Source: the human T2T-CHM13v2.0 reference genome, Homo sapiens. Taken from it: 64,000 nucleotides of DNA. The stretch is taken from NCBI RefSeq assembly GCF_009914755.1, contig NC_060926.1; one strand, written 5' to 3'. The position numbers and the translations under genes were made by a program. Shown here piece by piece: positions 30,260-42,100 of this stretch. The notes beneath the pieces are model-generated. The model saw only the letters and a list, made by a program, of their open reading frames with translations. It had not been told where the DNA came from and did not search any database. Position 1 is the first letter of the stretch. Every line of letters begins with the position of its first letter.

Positions 30260-30430
30260 AGACCTGAGACTATAGATTTATCTTTCCAGGGCCTTGGTTC
30301 AAATGTATTAATTTTTCAAAGCCTGATTTCTCACTGTAAAATGAAGACATGAGTATATCTGCTCTTGTCTGGTTTATTCGTGGATTAAATGAAATCATTT
30401 CAGTGTTAGGCTCAATAAATGTCAACTATA
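30260..30430 (+). mobile_element. MIR fragment
   Basis: gcctgatttctcactgtaaaatgaag...ggattaaatgaaatc...ggctcaataaatgtc. Confidence 0.6.
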
Positions 30431-30735
30431 TTTAGGAAGATTATTGGACTATATATTATCAGACTGTATTACATATTATTGGTATATATATTGAGAAGAT
30501 TATTGAACTAAATATAACTATTGAGGAAGGTTATTGATTGTATCTAGCTGTTGACCATTTAAAATAATAGGTTTGGGAACCTGTTGGAGTCCATCTGTTC
30601 CAGGGTCCCATATTTAGTGGTTAATTCCTAGCTCCAGCCTCAACTCCTGCCAGTGTATTGCAATCATCAGAAAGAAAAAGTAGAAACAGAAAAGCAAGTG
30701 AGGAGATGAAAGGCAAGAAAACTTAAAAAATTTAA

Positions 30736-31097
<362 letters not shown>

Positions 31098-31309
31098 TGA
31101 AGAGAGCATTCATTACACACTGAGCTACTTTGGCAATTGTTTGTTACAAACCATAACTCATTAGATATCCCTAAGCTCATCATCGGAACTGAGGCAATAT
31201 CCTACCATGTCACTTGATTGTCCATTTGGTTCTGAGTCAGGCTTAACAATCATCCACAGAACAGACTAGTCCAATTTCTATGGGTCCCAGAAGAGCTGTC
31301 AATAACAAC

Positions 31310-31740
31310 AGTGTCAAGTCAGATCCTGTTTGACTGTAAACAACAGAAAACTCAGCTGATACACATGTGTCTCGCCCATTAAGGAATTTAGATGGCCTTT
31401 TTTCCTCTTCCTCTCTTGCCTTTCCCAGTGGCAAAGCCTCTTCTTCATGTTGCATCATGATTCCAAGATGGCCGTAGCCACTCTAAGTTTCATGTCCACC
31501 TTCCAGGGAGAAAGGAGAAAGGGGCAAATGGCCAATGGAATGTGCTAGTCAAGTTCATCCCTTTGAAAAGATTCCCCAGTAGACTCCAACAACTTCTCAT
31601 TGGCAAAAAATGTATTAAAAGATTTACTCTAGTGGCAAAAAGGTGTTGAAAATAGAATTTCAACTTTCCAGTAAACAAAGTCAAGAGAGAAGTGAGTAGT
31701 GAGTGGCTTTTAGGGCGACACTCTATGGAATCCACCACAA
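31310..31740 (-). mobile_element. Old MLT1 (J/K-like) LTR remnant
   Basis: aacaacagaaaactca...gattccaagatggccgtagcca...cttctcattggc. Confidence 0.45.
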
Positions 31741-31931
31741 ATAGATTACCTTTAGATGTCTTTTCTCTTTTTTTTCAGTTCCCTTTAATAATGCAAAAGT
31801 TATAGATTCATAGTATATAGTACTTTCGTCAAATATATTCTTATTAACTCCCTGTGAGAGGCTATCCTTATTATGTAGACCCTCTTTTATAGCTAAGGCA
31901 GAAATATTTCAGCCTGAACAACTTGTTTTAC

Positions 31932-32250
31932 ATTTTTTATTTTTAATTTTTGTGATTATGTAATAGGTATATATATATATATATATATGTATTTATGGGA
32001 TGCATGAGATATTTTGATACAGGCATACAATGCATAATAATCACATCATGGAAAATGGGATCTCCATCCCTTAAGCATTTACCCTTTGTGTTGCAAACAA
32101 TCCAATTATACTCTTTTAGGTATTTTTAAATGTACAATTAAATTAATATTGACTAGAGTCACCCTGTTGTGCTATCAAATACTAGGTCTTGCTTATTCTT
32201 TCTAACTATTTCTTTGTACCCATTAACCATCCCCACCTCCCTTCCACCGC
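31932..32250 (-). mobile_element. L1MA 3' end, antisense
   Basis: tatttatgggatgcatgagatattttgatacaggcatacaatgcataataatcacatc...caatccaattatactc. Confidence 0.88.
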
Positions 32251-33419
32251 TCTGTCTAAATAACTCCTAGAGGCAACTGGGGGACATACATTCCTAATTT
32301 TCATGACCACTGAAAAAGCATGTGCTTTGGGAATGCTAAAATAAGGGCAATGAGGGATAGAAAAAGCATTAACAGGAAGCTTTGTAGCTGTGTGAACAGC
32401 TGGATGTGAACATATCTTGTATCACTGGGGCAATGTAGGATAGTTGATATCTCTTTGTCACGACAGTTTGTTAATTTCAGAGATTCAGCATTTCATTGAG
32501 CCATAGCATTGTCATGTACAGCTCATACCTCTGTTGGTGTTTGTCCCCAGTCTCTTTCTCTCTAGTGAGTTTTCCAGTTAATTTTATTTTAGTTTAATAG
32601 CATTTTGTCTGTCACCTCTGACTCATGACTTCGTGTGGCTGTGTGTAGGGACTTGAACAGTGAATACAGTAGATTACTTAGAGATTTGTTTTTAGTTTTT
32701 ACAAGTGAACAAAAGTGATCACATTTCAATGTGGGAATCCCAGTGATAAATGCCATTTCCGTAGAGAGTTAACTCATCAATTGAACAAAGCAATCAGATT
32801 TTTTTTCTTAGAACATATTACCATCAATTTTTAAGTGACTTTTAAACAATAATGAGAAATCTCTTAATGAAAGAATCTCTGTGACCAGATAAATGCTAAT
32901 AGTAACTGATATACCATTAACTCTACTTTCCTCCATCCCATCTCTTTAAAACTTGATGTTCTCATTAATTTTTTTCCCGTCGTCTGAGAGCCCTACCCTT
33001 GGGACTATACTAGTTATATCTGCCTAAATTGTCAGTGTCCAGGGGTGACAGATGTAGACAATCTCCTCCTTTATTATGCATGAGCTAGGCAAAGAGGGTT
33101 TGTACTCAGTGACCATCCATTTTCAAGGCCCCTTCCCCCCATCCTCAACCACTGGGGGTAAATGGGCATGTTTGAGGAATGTTTGCCAAAGGGTTACCCT
33201 GATTTATTAAAGCTGTCATTTAAGCATTTAAGCATTGACCGGGATGCTTTTCAAACAAATGACCTGATCCTTAGGATATATTCATCTAACTAATTCTGTT
33301 TACTAAGAAGAGGTTGGAAGGTATATGCAGAATTTCTTCACTTCGACATAAAATAACACAAAGAGAATGGCACAGAACCCAGAGTTTCTTGCCCTCCAGA
33401 GAGATGCAGCTGACAATCT

Positions 33420-33925
33420 GGAATAATAACAGTGTTATGCTATGATATGATAAGGGTGAGCCAGAGATGCTTGAATGCAGATCTGGCTCCTTGAAGGAAT
33501 CCATATTATGACCTAAAGAAGAACTAGAAACTGAGTGGGTATAAGGGCATGCACAAAGGCCCACAGAGAAAACATGGTACGTTTAGGAAACCACATATAT
33601 TAGAAGAGCTGGAGTGTAGAGTGTAAGTCAGGGCCAGCTGGAGGCCAGAGATGAAAGTTAGCACAGGCCATGTTGTTAAAGGCCAGATAATCTAAGATAA
33701 AACATTTAGACTTTAGCCCAAGGCAATGGGGAACGCTTAAAGTAGGGTTGGCATGTTCAGATGTGTGCTTTAGAAAGATGACAGAAATCCTGTGGAGTAG
33801 GAATCTATTTCACCGATGAAAAACTAGAGGCTCTGAGAAATTATGAAACTTACCTACGGTGACACAGATAATAAGTCGGCAGAGCTAAGGTTTCAACCCA
33901 AGTCTTACTCCAAAACTCATGCATG
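33420..33925 (-). mobile_element. L2 fragment followed by a MIR (33800-33925)
   Basis: tttagactttagcccaaggcaatgggg...tgtgctttagaaagat; gatgaaaaactagaggctctgagaa...gcagagctaaggtttcaacccaagtc. Confidence 0.65.
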
Positions 33926-33941
33926 AGCTTCCAGCCATGCT

Positions 33942-34207
33942 AAGGTTTTTCAAACTTCATGTTACACCCTATTAGTACCTCTTAAAATCAATGTAGTGTG
34001 ATCAATGAATATTTGTTAATAGAATATAAAGGAAAAAGAAAGAGCATTACATATACTGTAAGTAATTAAGCATTGTTTTGTATTTTTGTTGCAGTTGTAC
34101 ATGTATGTAAAATGTGGACATAGGGTATGTGTATAGCTGAGTATTGGCACATGATGCAAAATGCATTTCTCAGAGTAGATTGCAGTCAAAAATGTTGGAA
34201 ACTACTA
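33942..34207. mobile_element. hAT-Charlie-type MER DNA transposon remnant
   Basis: Terminal-like ggttttttcaaactt ... aaaatgttggaaactact around an AT-rich body. Confidence 0.5.
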
Positions 34208-35359
34208 AGCATGTGCAAATAGCATGCATGCTGCTGCTGACCTGCCAGATATTTCTCCCTTCCTCCCTTTCTCCCTCATTTATTCATTCATTAACTGATT
34301 CATTCATCCCATTAAAAAAATTATATGTATGTTTTGTGCAAAGCACCCTACTCAAGGCTGCGGGGTACAAAAGTATATCAGAAGCCTTGGGCTTTGACCT
34401 ACTTCTCTGTAGTAGTGCTAGATTTGTGTGGATCTGCCACACTTACTCCAGGCCTCTTGTGACCTGTGCTTTGCATTAATCTCTTAGGCTAAGCCACATA
34501 CCTTTTCATTATACAATCTTTGCTGATGCTAAGGACAGATTCCAAAGTGCCCTCCTTATAATTTTTGTATTTAATGCAAAGTGTAATCAAGAATAGGCCA
34601 TTGTTAGGTCAATTGCTTTTCTGTATTTATCTTTTCAAACAATAAATAATCAGTGGGATGAAAAAGGGCCGGAAAAGATAGTTTTAATGGTATACTCATA
34701 ATTATCCAACATTTTAAGGAGACGTTTTAATATTTATATGCTGTGAAATATCCTCTCTTCTGGAAAGCTGACTGAGGATTGGTATGAACCCATCCAGAAA
34801 TGGAATTCAGGAGCCATTGTTTTGCACAGACTTCAGTCAATCCTGAGCAAGCACTCTGGATTTTCCCAAACTTGGCCGTTACTCAGCCTCTCACTCTCCA
34901 AATTGTCAAGACTTCTGTATACCACACTAAGAAGGATATTCTCTTCCATGTAGATGCAGAAGATTTTCTATGTCAAGTTCAGTAGGGGGCCTAGGCTCAA
35001 GCCATGCTCATTCTTAGAGGAAAACCTGACAGGATATCCATATACTATGCCCTCTACTGATTTATTCACGAAAAACCAAGCCCCAAAAATGCCAGTCAGG
35101 TCACACGCACACTTAACACCAAGAGCTTAAGGTGTAGTCACATCTTACAGGGAAGGTTAGTCTTTAAAGTCAAACACAAGATAAGAATAGCTCACAGTCA
35201 AAATTACCCTTGAAAATCCCTTAAACTACCCTTTAAGCAAAGTGTGTATGATATTATATACAACATTTATATTAATTAGTATTTATTTACACTGTGGTTT
35301 AAGAGCCAGGAGATAGAACAAAGGAAGACAATAAAGGAAAATCTGTATAGAAGAGACAG

Positions 35360-35695
35360 CTTAGCAGTTAAGGCCATAGATTCTAAAGCCAAACCTTCTT
35401 GATTTAAAACCTGGCTCTGCCACTCAGTATAGTTGTGTGGCTTTGCGGAAATTATTACCATCTCTCTGGCTCAGTTTCCACATCTGTAAAATGAGCATAA
35501 TCGTAGTACCTACATCAGAGTGTTATTACAAGGATTTGCATTAATCTCTTAGGCTAAGCCACATACCTTTTCATTATACAATCTTTGCTGATGCTAAGAA
35601 CAGATTCCAAAGGACAGATTACATATATGAGTTCATATATGTAAACAGAAAAACAGCAGCTGGCAGTTAATAAGCACCATTTAAGTTTAAGCTAA
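35360..35695 (+). mobile_element. MIR interrupted by a templated insertion (35535-35626)
   Basis: cctggctctgccactcag...ctcagtttccacatctgtaaaatgagcataatcgtagtacctac...aggatt [insert] atgagttcatatatgtaaa. Confidence 0.85.
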
Positions 35696-35944
35696 TGTAA
35701 TATATGCTGATATGTGAGCATTTACACCATTTTGTCATTAAGATTGCGATTCATTCCCTGTTAGTGAACTTTGAAGTTGGGTAGGGAATTACAAAATGTT
35801 CTTAATTCTCAACTTTAGTAGATTTTTTTTTTCCATTTGGATGACAGTTCTTATCAAATAACTTCATATATTTGTCTTTACATTTTCTGTAACCATATAG
35901 TTATAATTATTATATAGTCATAGTTATATATAGTTATATAGTTA

Positions 35945-38900
35945 TTTTTAACTTTTTATTTTGAAATTTTTCTAGAGTCAGAAGTTGCAGATAAAATATT
36001 GAGAAGTTCCTTGTACCCTTCACCCAATTTTCTCCAGTGGTTACATCTTACATAATCGTAGTACAATATCAAAACCAGGAATTTGACATTGGTACAATGC
36101 ATGTGCATAGTTCTGTGCCATTTTGTCACACAGGTAGATCCACGTAACCATTTTTGCAGTCAAGATATAGAACTATTTTCATCACCACAAAGACATCCCT
36201 CATACTACTCCTTTACAGTCACACATCTTTCCCCATCCCTAACTCTTGGCAATCCCTCATCTGTTTTCTGTCCATAATTCTGTCATTTCTAGAATGTTAC
36301 CTAAATGGAATCACATAAATGGGGTAGCATGTGACCTTTTGAAGCATGTGGCTTTTTTCACACCCTGGAGATCCATCCAAGTTTTGTGGGTATCACTAGT
36401 TCATTTCTTCTTACTTCTGAGTAGTAACCCATGTATGGATGCACTATTTGCTTAATCATATTGGATATGGTTAACCCATGGTATGGATGTACCATTGCTT
36501 AATCATGCTATGGATGTACCATTTGCTTAATCATTCATCTGTTCCTGGATATTTTGGTTGTTTCCAGTTTATGGCTATTACAAACAGAGTTGCTATAAAC
36601 AGTCACCTACATGCTTTTGTGTGAACATATGTTGTATGTCTTCCATTCTTATCTGTATGCTTTTTATTTCCTTTTCTTGCCTCATTGTGCTGGCTAGAAC
36701 CTCCAGTACTATGTTGAGCCACAGTGGTAAAAATGAACTTTCTTGACATTTTCCTGAAAGAAAACATTCCTTCTCACTGTTGAGTGTACTGTTAGCTATA
36801 AGTTTTTTGTAGCTGTCTTTATCAAGTTGAAGAAGTTTCTCTTCATTCCTGGTTTTCTGAGAGGTTTTATCATAAATGAGCATGAATTTTGTCAAATGCT
36901 TTTTCCACTTCAGTTCATATGATCTTGTGATTTTTTTTTGTTTAGGCTGTTAACATGTTGGTTTACATTGATCACTTTTCAAACATTGAACCTGCCTTGC
37001 ATTTCTAGAATAAAACTAATTTATTATAGTATATAATTATTTCTAGTCATAGTATATAATTAAATGTAGTCATAGTATGTAACTATTTTATATATTTTTA
37101 ATTGTATTAAATATAATCATTTAATAAATACTCAGTTAAATATAATTTAATAAATATTAAATTGAATAATCAATTTAATATTGTATTATGAAATAATTTA
37201 TCATAAATTTAATAAATTTAATAAATCGTTTAATAATTATATATATTTAATTCATTTGCTAATATTTATTGCTGTCTTCATTGAATGTGTAAGGAAAGTA
37301 TTACCTCCCCTTCTTTTTCTGGAAAGGATTGTGTAGAACTCATGTTAATTTTTCTTTAAACATTTGTTAGAATTTTCCAGTGAAATCATCTGGGCCTGGA
37401 GAGTTCTTTTTTATGAGGTTTTTAATTATGAATTCAATGTCCTTGATAACTGTAACGCTATTCAAATTATATCATGTTGTATGAGTTGTGGGAGTGTTTA
37501 CTTTTCTAGGAGTTGGTCCATTTTAAGTTATCAAATGTATGTGTGTAGAATTGTTTGTTGTATTCCCTTATTTTCCTATTGATCTGATATTGTTAGTATC
37601 TTATTGATCTGCATATTCTGTAGTGATATCCTCTGTTTCATTCCTGATATTTATAATTTTTATTTTCTCCTTTTTTTGTCAATCTTGTAGATTTTAGGCT
37701 ATGTTTTCATGTATCTTAAATCTACAGATGTTTTGAGCCAAACAATACACTGTAATTACTGTTTATATGGTAAGCATTTATTTTAACTGTTGCTTTTTCT
37801 CTTTGTTCCTTTCTGAATATCTGTGTTTCCCAGAATACTTTTCCTTTTTTCCTTAATTATTTCCTTTAGTATTTTTGTAATGTGGCAAATTCTCTGTTTT
37901 TATTTGTTTTAAAACAGTTTTATTTCATCTTTATTTTTAAGGATATTTTCTCTAGGTATGTAATTGCCAGTGATTTTTTTCTTCTTTTAATATATTAAAG
38001 ATATCATTCCATTGTTTTCTAACTTTCAATGTTTTTATCAAAGTTTGTTGTCAGACAACTTACTCCTTTGAAGATACAGGTTGAACATTCCAAATCTGAA
38101 AATCCATAATCCTAAATTTTCTGAAATCTGAAACTTTTTGAGCACTGACATTATGTTCAAATGAAATGCTCATTGGAGCACTTTGGATTTTGGATTTTTA
38201 GATTTGGAATGCTCAAACAATAAGTATATAATGCAAATATTCTAAAATCCAAACACATCCAAAATCCAGAACACTTCTGGTCCCAGACTTTTCAGATAAG
38301 GGATACTCAACCTGTAATGTATCATTTTTCTTTGACTGCCTTAAATTTTTTCCTTTTTGTCTTGGTTTTCAGCAGTTTTACTGTGATGTGTCTGTGAGCG
38401 TGTGTTGGCAGGGAGGTATGTTTAAACCTGATTAGGATTTGCAGAGCTTCTTAAATCTGTGCTTTAGTGTTCTTCATCATCTTTGAAAAATTCTCAGCTG
38501 GTCACACCTCTTCAGAATTGTTTCTGTTCCCTCCTGCTCCTCTTCCTCTCCTCTTCTTCCTCTTGTCTTCCTCCTCGTCTTCCATTTTCTTCTGTCTTTC
38601 TCTCTCTCTCCCTTCCTTCTGGGATCCAATAAAGCAAAAATATTTGACCTTTCTGTACATGCGTCTTGCTCTCTGTTCGTTTCTGGTTTTCTCTCTGTGA
38701 TGCAGTCTGGTTTTTGAGTTCTCTGTCTTCTGATTTACTACTCTTGCCTGTGTGCTGTGTCCAGTCTTCTATTAAACCCTTCTGTTGAGCACTTAATTTT
38801 AGTTATTGTAATTTTCAGTTTTAGGTGTCTATTTGTTTGTTTTACCCTGAGATGCTACTTCTCTGATGAAATTCTCCATCATATTATCTTTTTTCTTGAA

Positions 38901-39660
38901 TAAATTAATTGCAGTTATTTTAAGAACCATGTCTAATAATGTCACTATCTGAATAATGTCACTATCTGAACTGTGGGTCTGTTCATATTGTTTGATTTTC
39001 TTCTTCACTTTAGTCATTTGGTCTTATCTCCTGGTATGCATATTTTTGATCAAATGCTAGACACAGTCCTTGAAAAGCTGTAGAAATCTCAGGCTGATGA
39101 TACCTTTCTTCAGAGAAGATGTATTTAATAATATGTCCCATTAAGGGACACATTGCCTTAATGCAGTCTTTGATTGAGATCACTAGAAGCTGGATTTTAG
39201 TTATGTGAGGGGTAGTGTATTAGTTTACTCTTACTCCTAGAGGGTAACCTTTCTGTGATTCTAACTGAGAGTCTGTGTTGTTTACGAGTCCCTTCTTCCT
39301 TAGCAGGTTCTCAACTCCAATTCCTATCTTCCCATCCCTGTGAGAATGTCAGAATCTCTGCTCAGCCTCCAAGTCTCTTTGCCACTGCACTCTGCTCATT
39401 TTCTTAGCATTTGATTCTGTGCCACTTGTGAATTAGCAAATGACTTGGAGAGAAAAAACGCCACAGAATATTGGGCTCAGTTCAGTGTGCTTACCTACCT
39501 ACCTTTTAGAATCAGTCTTGGCCTCCCAAGTCCTAGCTGTCTTGGGAGTTCTCCAATGCCTTCAAGTAGTTTTTAGGTTTCCTTTTTTTTAAGCTTATCC
39601 AGCTTTTTTGATTATTCTCATGAGAGTAAGAATGCAACAAATTCTTCCACCATCGCCAAA
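35945..39660 (-). mobile_element. Composite antisense L1M fragments (3' end, ORF2 and more 5' parts)
   Basis: gtacccttcacccaattttctccagtggttacatc...; cctccagtactatgttgag...tttgtcaaatgctttt...; ccagtgaaatcatctgggcctggag. Confidence 0.8.
38077..38314. mobile_element. Tigger4a/MER46-type MITE
   Basis: TA|caggttgaacat ... atactcaacctg|TA terminal inverted repeats with TA TSD; internal aaaatcc/ggatttt repeats. Confidence 0.88.
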
Positions 39661-40672
39661 AATAGAAACCCTTATCTTTTTTTTAATGTTAAGTGTTGAC
39701 AACAATATATGGTTAACAGACTTCGTTGTTAGAAGGATAAAAAGAAATTAATATATATGAAAGTAACATGAATAGGGCCTGGTACATGATAGACACTTTT
39801 AAATTACTTTCAATTTGAATTTGAATATACAGTGATTTTGGAAACACTGAAAAGGTTAGTGATTAGCATTACATTTTTGCCTGTTGATCTTTCTTGTTGA
39901 GGCCCTACAGTCACTGTTGTGCTCCTGGGCCTTGGTCTTATGAACCTTCCATCAGTCACATTCCTGAAGGCTGCCTCTTCCCATCAGTCTCCCTCTCAGA
40001 GACCTGTTGGCCCTCCTCACCATTTCAGTGACCACGTTTAGCAACAGGAAGGATGGGTTTGCTTCCTTCTCTCGTGGCTCATGTCTCAGTGTTCACCACA
40101 GAAAATAGCTAATCTGGTGGTGGTCAACTTCAGACCTTTGTCTCGTTTGTTTTCCTGAATGTTTGCCACTGCTTTGCACTCACTGCAGCCTTGTTCCAGC
40201 TTCTTTCTCCTGGCAGTGAGGCCAGTGTTGGTGAAAGATGGCATGGATCTTACAAATTTGTACTTATGTGAGTGAAAACTGAGAAATGCCGAGAAAGACA
40301 GGCAGAACTAGATCTAAGTGTTTCAGAAACTAGGAACATTACAGTACCAGAAGACTTGGATGTGCTTAATTCCAGTTTAGAATCTGGAAAACAACTTTTT
40401 TGAGTCTCTGCAATTTCCAAGTCTCAAAACTAATTCACTAGAAAACATTTAAAATGTAAAGCAATAGACTTCAGTAGTAATTTTCAGATCATTTGAGTCT
40501 AAATGCAGCTTTGAGGATATGCAGTTCGTAAATTTCCTACTGGGTCATTTTTTTTCTGAGAGGGTATTTCTCTAAACTATATCAGATAAAGGATGCCCAG
40601 AATTTGCTCAGATGTGAGTTTCAGGATCTAGAAACACAATATGAGGATTATCAAGACTAAGGATGTTGATAG

Positions 40673-40673
<1 letters not shown>

Positions 40674-40718
<45 letters not shown>
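40674..40718 (+). repeat. (GAT)15 microsatellite
   Basis: Perfect trinucleotide repeat. Confidence 0.97.
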
Positions 40719-40864
40719 AGTCAATAGTAGTATTTATTGTATATTTAATATATGCCCAGCATTGAGGTACTTTACATGCAATATGATGTCTCTTGAGCAA
40801 CATTTAACTTTCTATTGATTACTTCTCTTGAGGTTATCATCTTTCTCCTAGTGGTCATTAACAT

Positions 40865-41085
40865 AGAGTTTGAAGCTGGGCATAAATCCTAGGTATAAAT
40901 CCTAACTCCACAGCTGCTGTGATCTTTGTCCATACAATGTAACATCTTTGAGCCTCTCTTTGCCTCCAGAATGAAGGTGATACCGTATCTCATAAAATTC
41001 ACAGAGGCCTGAATGAGTTAATGCATGGCAAACCTGAAGCACAGTGACTGGTTCTTCCTATTGTGTGATCAGCAAGTTGTAGCCA
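40865..41085 (+). mobile_element. MIR
   Basis: aaatcctaactccacagctgctgtgatctttg...aacatctttgagcctc...gaatgagttaatgcatg...gcacagtgactgg. Confidence 0.65.
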
Positions 41086-41299
41086 TTTTTTTCCTCACTT
41101 TTCTACCACTATTGGTTGAAGTGCCCTTTATTTGACCCGTCAAATAGAGGATCTGGAGAATAAAAAAATCTAACAATGTAAGAAGAGGAGGCTACAGAAA
41201 CCACTGATGATGTATTCTGTACCAGCTTAGCCTCCAGTCCAGGGCTTAGGAAACAAGGTTCTTTAACAGTCATTTGATTTCCATAACATTCATTAAATT

Positions 41300-41620
41300 A
41301 ATGAATCTCCATTCAACAGATATTTATTGAGTGAGATTTAGACACAGTCCTTACTTTCATGGAACTTAAGACCTACAGGAGGAGACAAATATTAAATGTG
41401 TAGTTATAAGTAGAGTGTCATAAACATATTTGACACTGTGGAGGATCAAGAAAGAAGTCACTGAGAAAGCGACATTTAAGTCGAGACTCAAAGAGTGAGT
41501 AGCCATGAGAATTTGGGTGCTGAAAGAGGCATGAAAGGCACTCTGGGCAGAGGAGCAGCATGGGGGATGCCCTGATGTGGAAAGGAACTTGGCATGTGTG
41601 AAGAAGTGAAAGAAGGTCCT
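41300..41620 (-). mobile_element. L2 3' fragment
   Basis: ccattcaacagatatttattgagtg...gacacagtccttactttcatggaactta...gacatttaagtcgagactcaaag. Confidence 0.75.
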
Positions 41621-41929
41621 CTTACCAACACCAAGCAAGAGGATAAAGAGCAGAGGCTTAGTAAATGGATGAGTCAGTCTGCCTGGCGCCTTTCTTCCCT
41701 TCATTGAACCAAGAGGTATTCCCTAGCACGGACTGCCATGTAGAAAAGGTCCCCTATTATTTCAGCACCACATTTCAGCTTACCCATGGTTCTCCAGCTG
41801 TCCAGGGACATGCACCCTCTACCTCCCAGAGACCTAACCTATTTCCCTATCACTTATTTTCAGGGCTATGAGGTGCCTTATTAATGTGATAAATGTTTGC
41901 TCCTTGGTCAACTTTTAGTGGTCCTAGAT

Positions 41930-42100
41930 AATTGTTCTCAAATTTGAGCACGCATCAGAATCACCTGGAGAACTTGTTAAACCACAGAAACCTTGGACTG
42001 CACCCACAGAGTTTCTGATTCAATAGGTCTGGGGTGGGACCCTACAATTTGCATTTCTAACAAGCTGCCGAATGATACTCATGCTGCTGGCCTGGGTTCT
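41930..42100. mobile_element. MER5A (hAT-Charlie)
   Basis: gttctcaaatttgagcacgcatcagaatcacctggag...ctgattcaataggtctggggtggg...tttgcatttctaacaag. Confidence 0.88.

Noticed and set aside
34144-34479. 111-aa ORF
   Set aside because: Spans a DNA-transposon end and an L2-like (TTCA)n tail; no coding features.
37020-37265. Very AT-rich low-complexity block
   Set aside because: Ordinary slippage expansion inside an L1M; no ordered unit.
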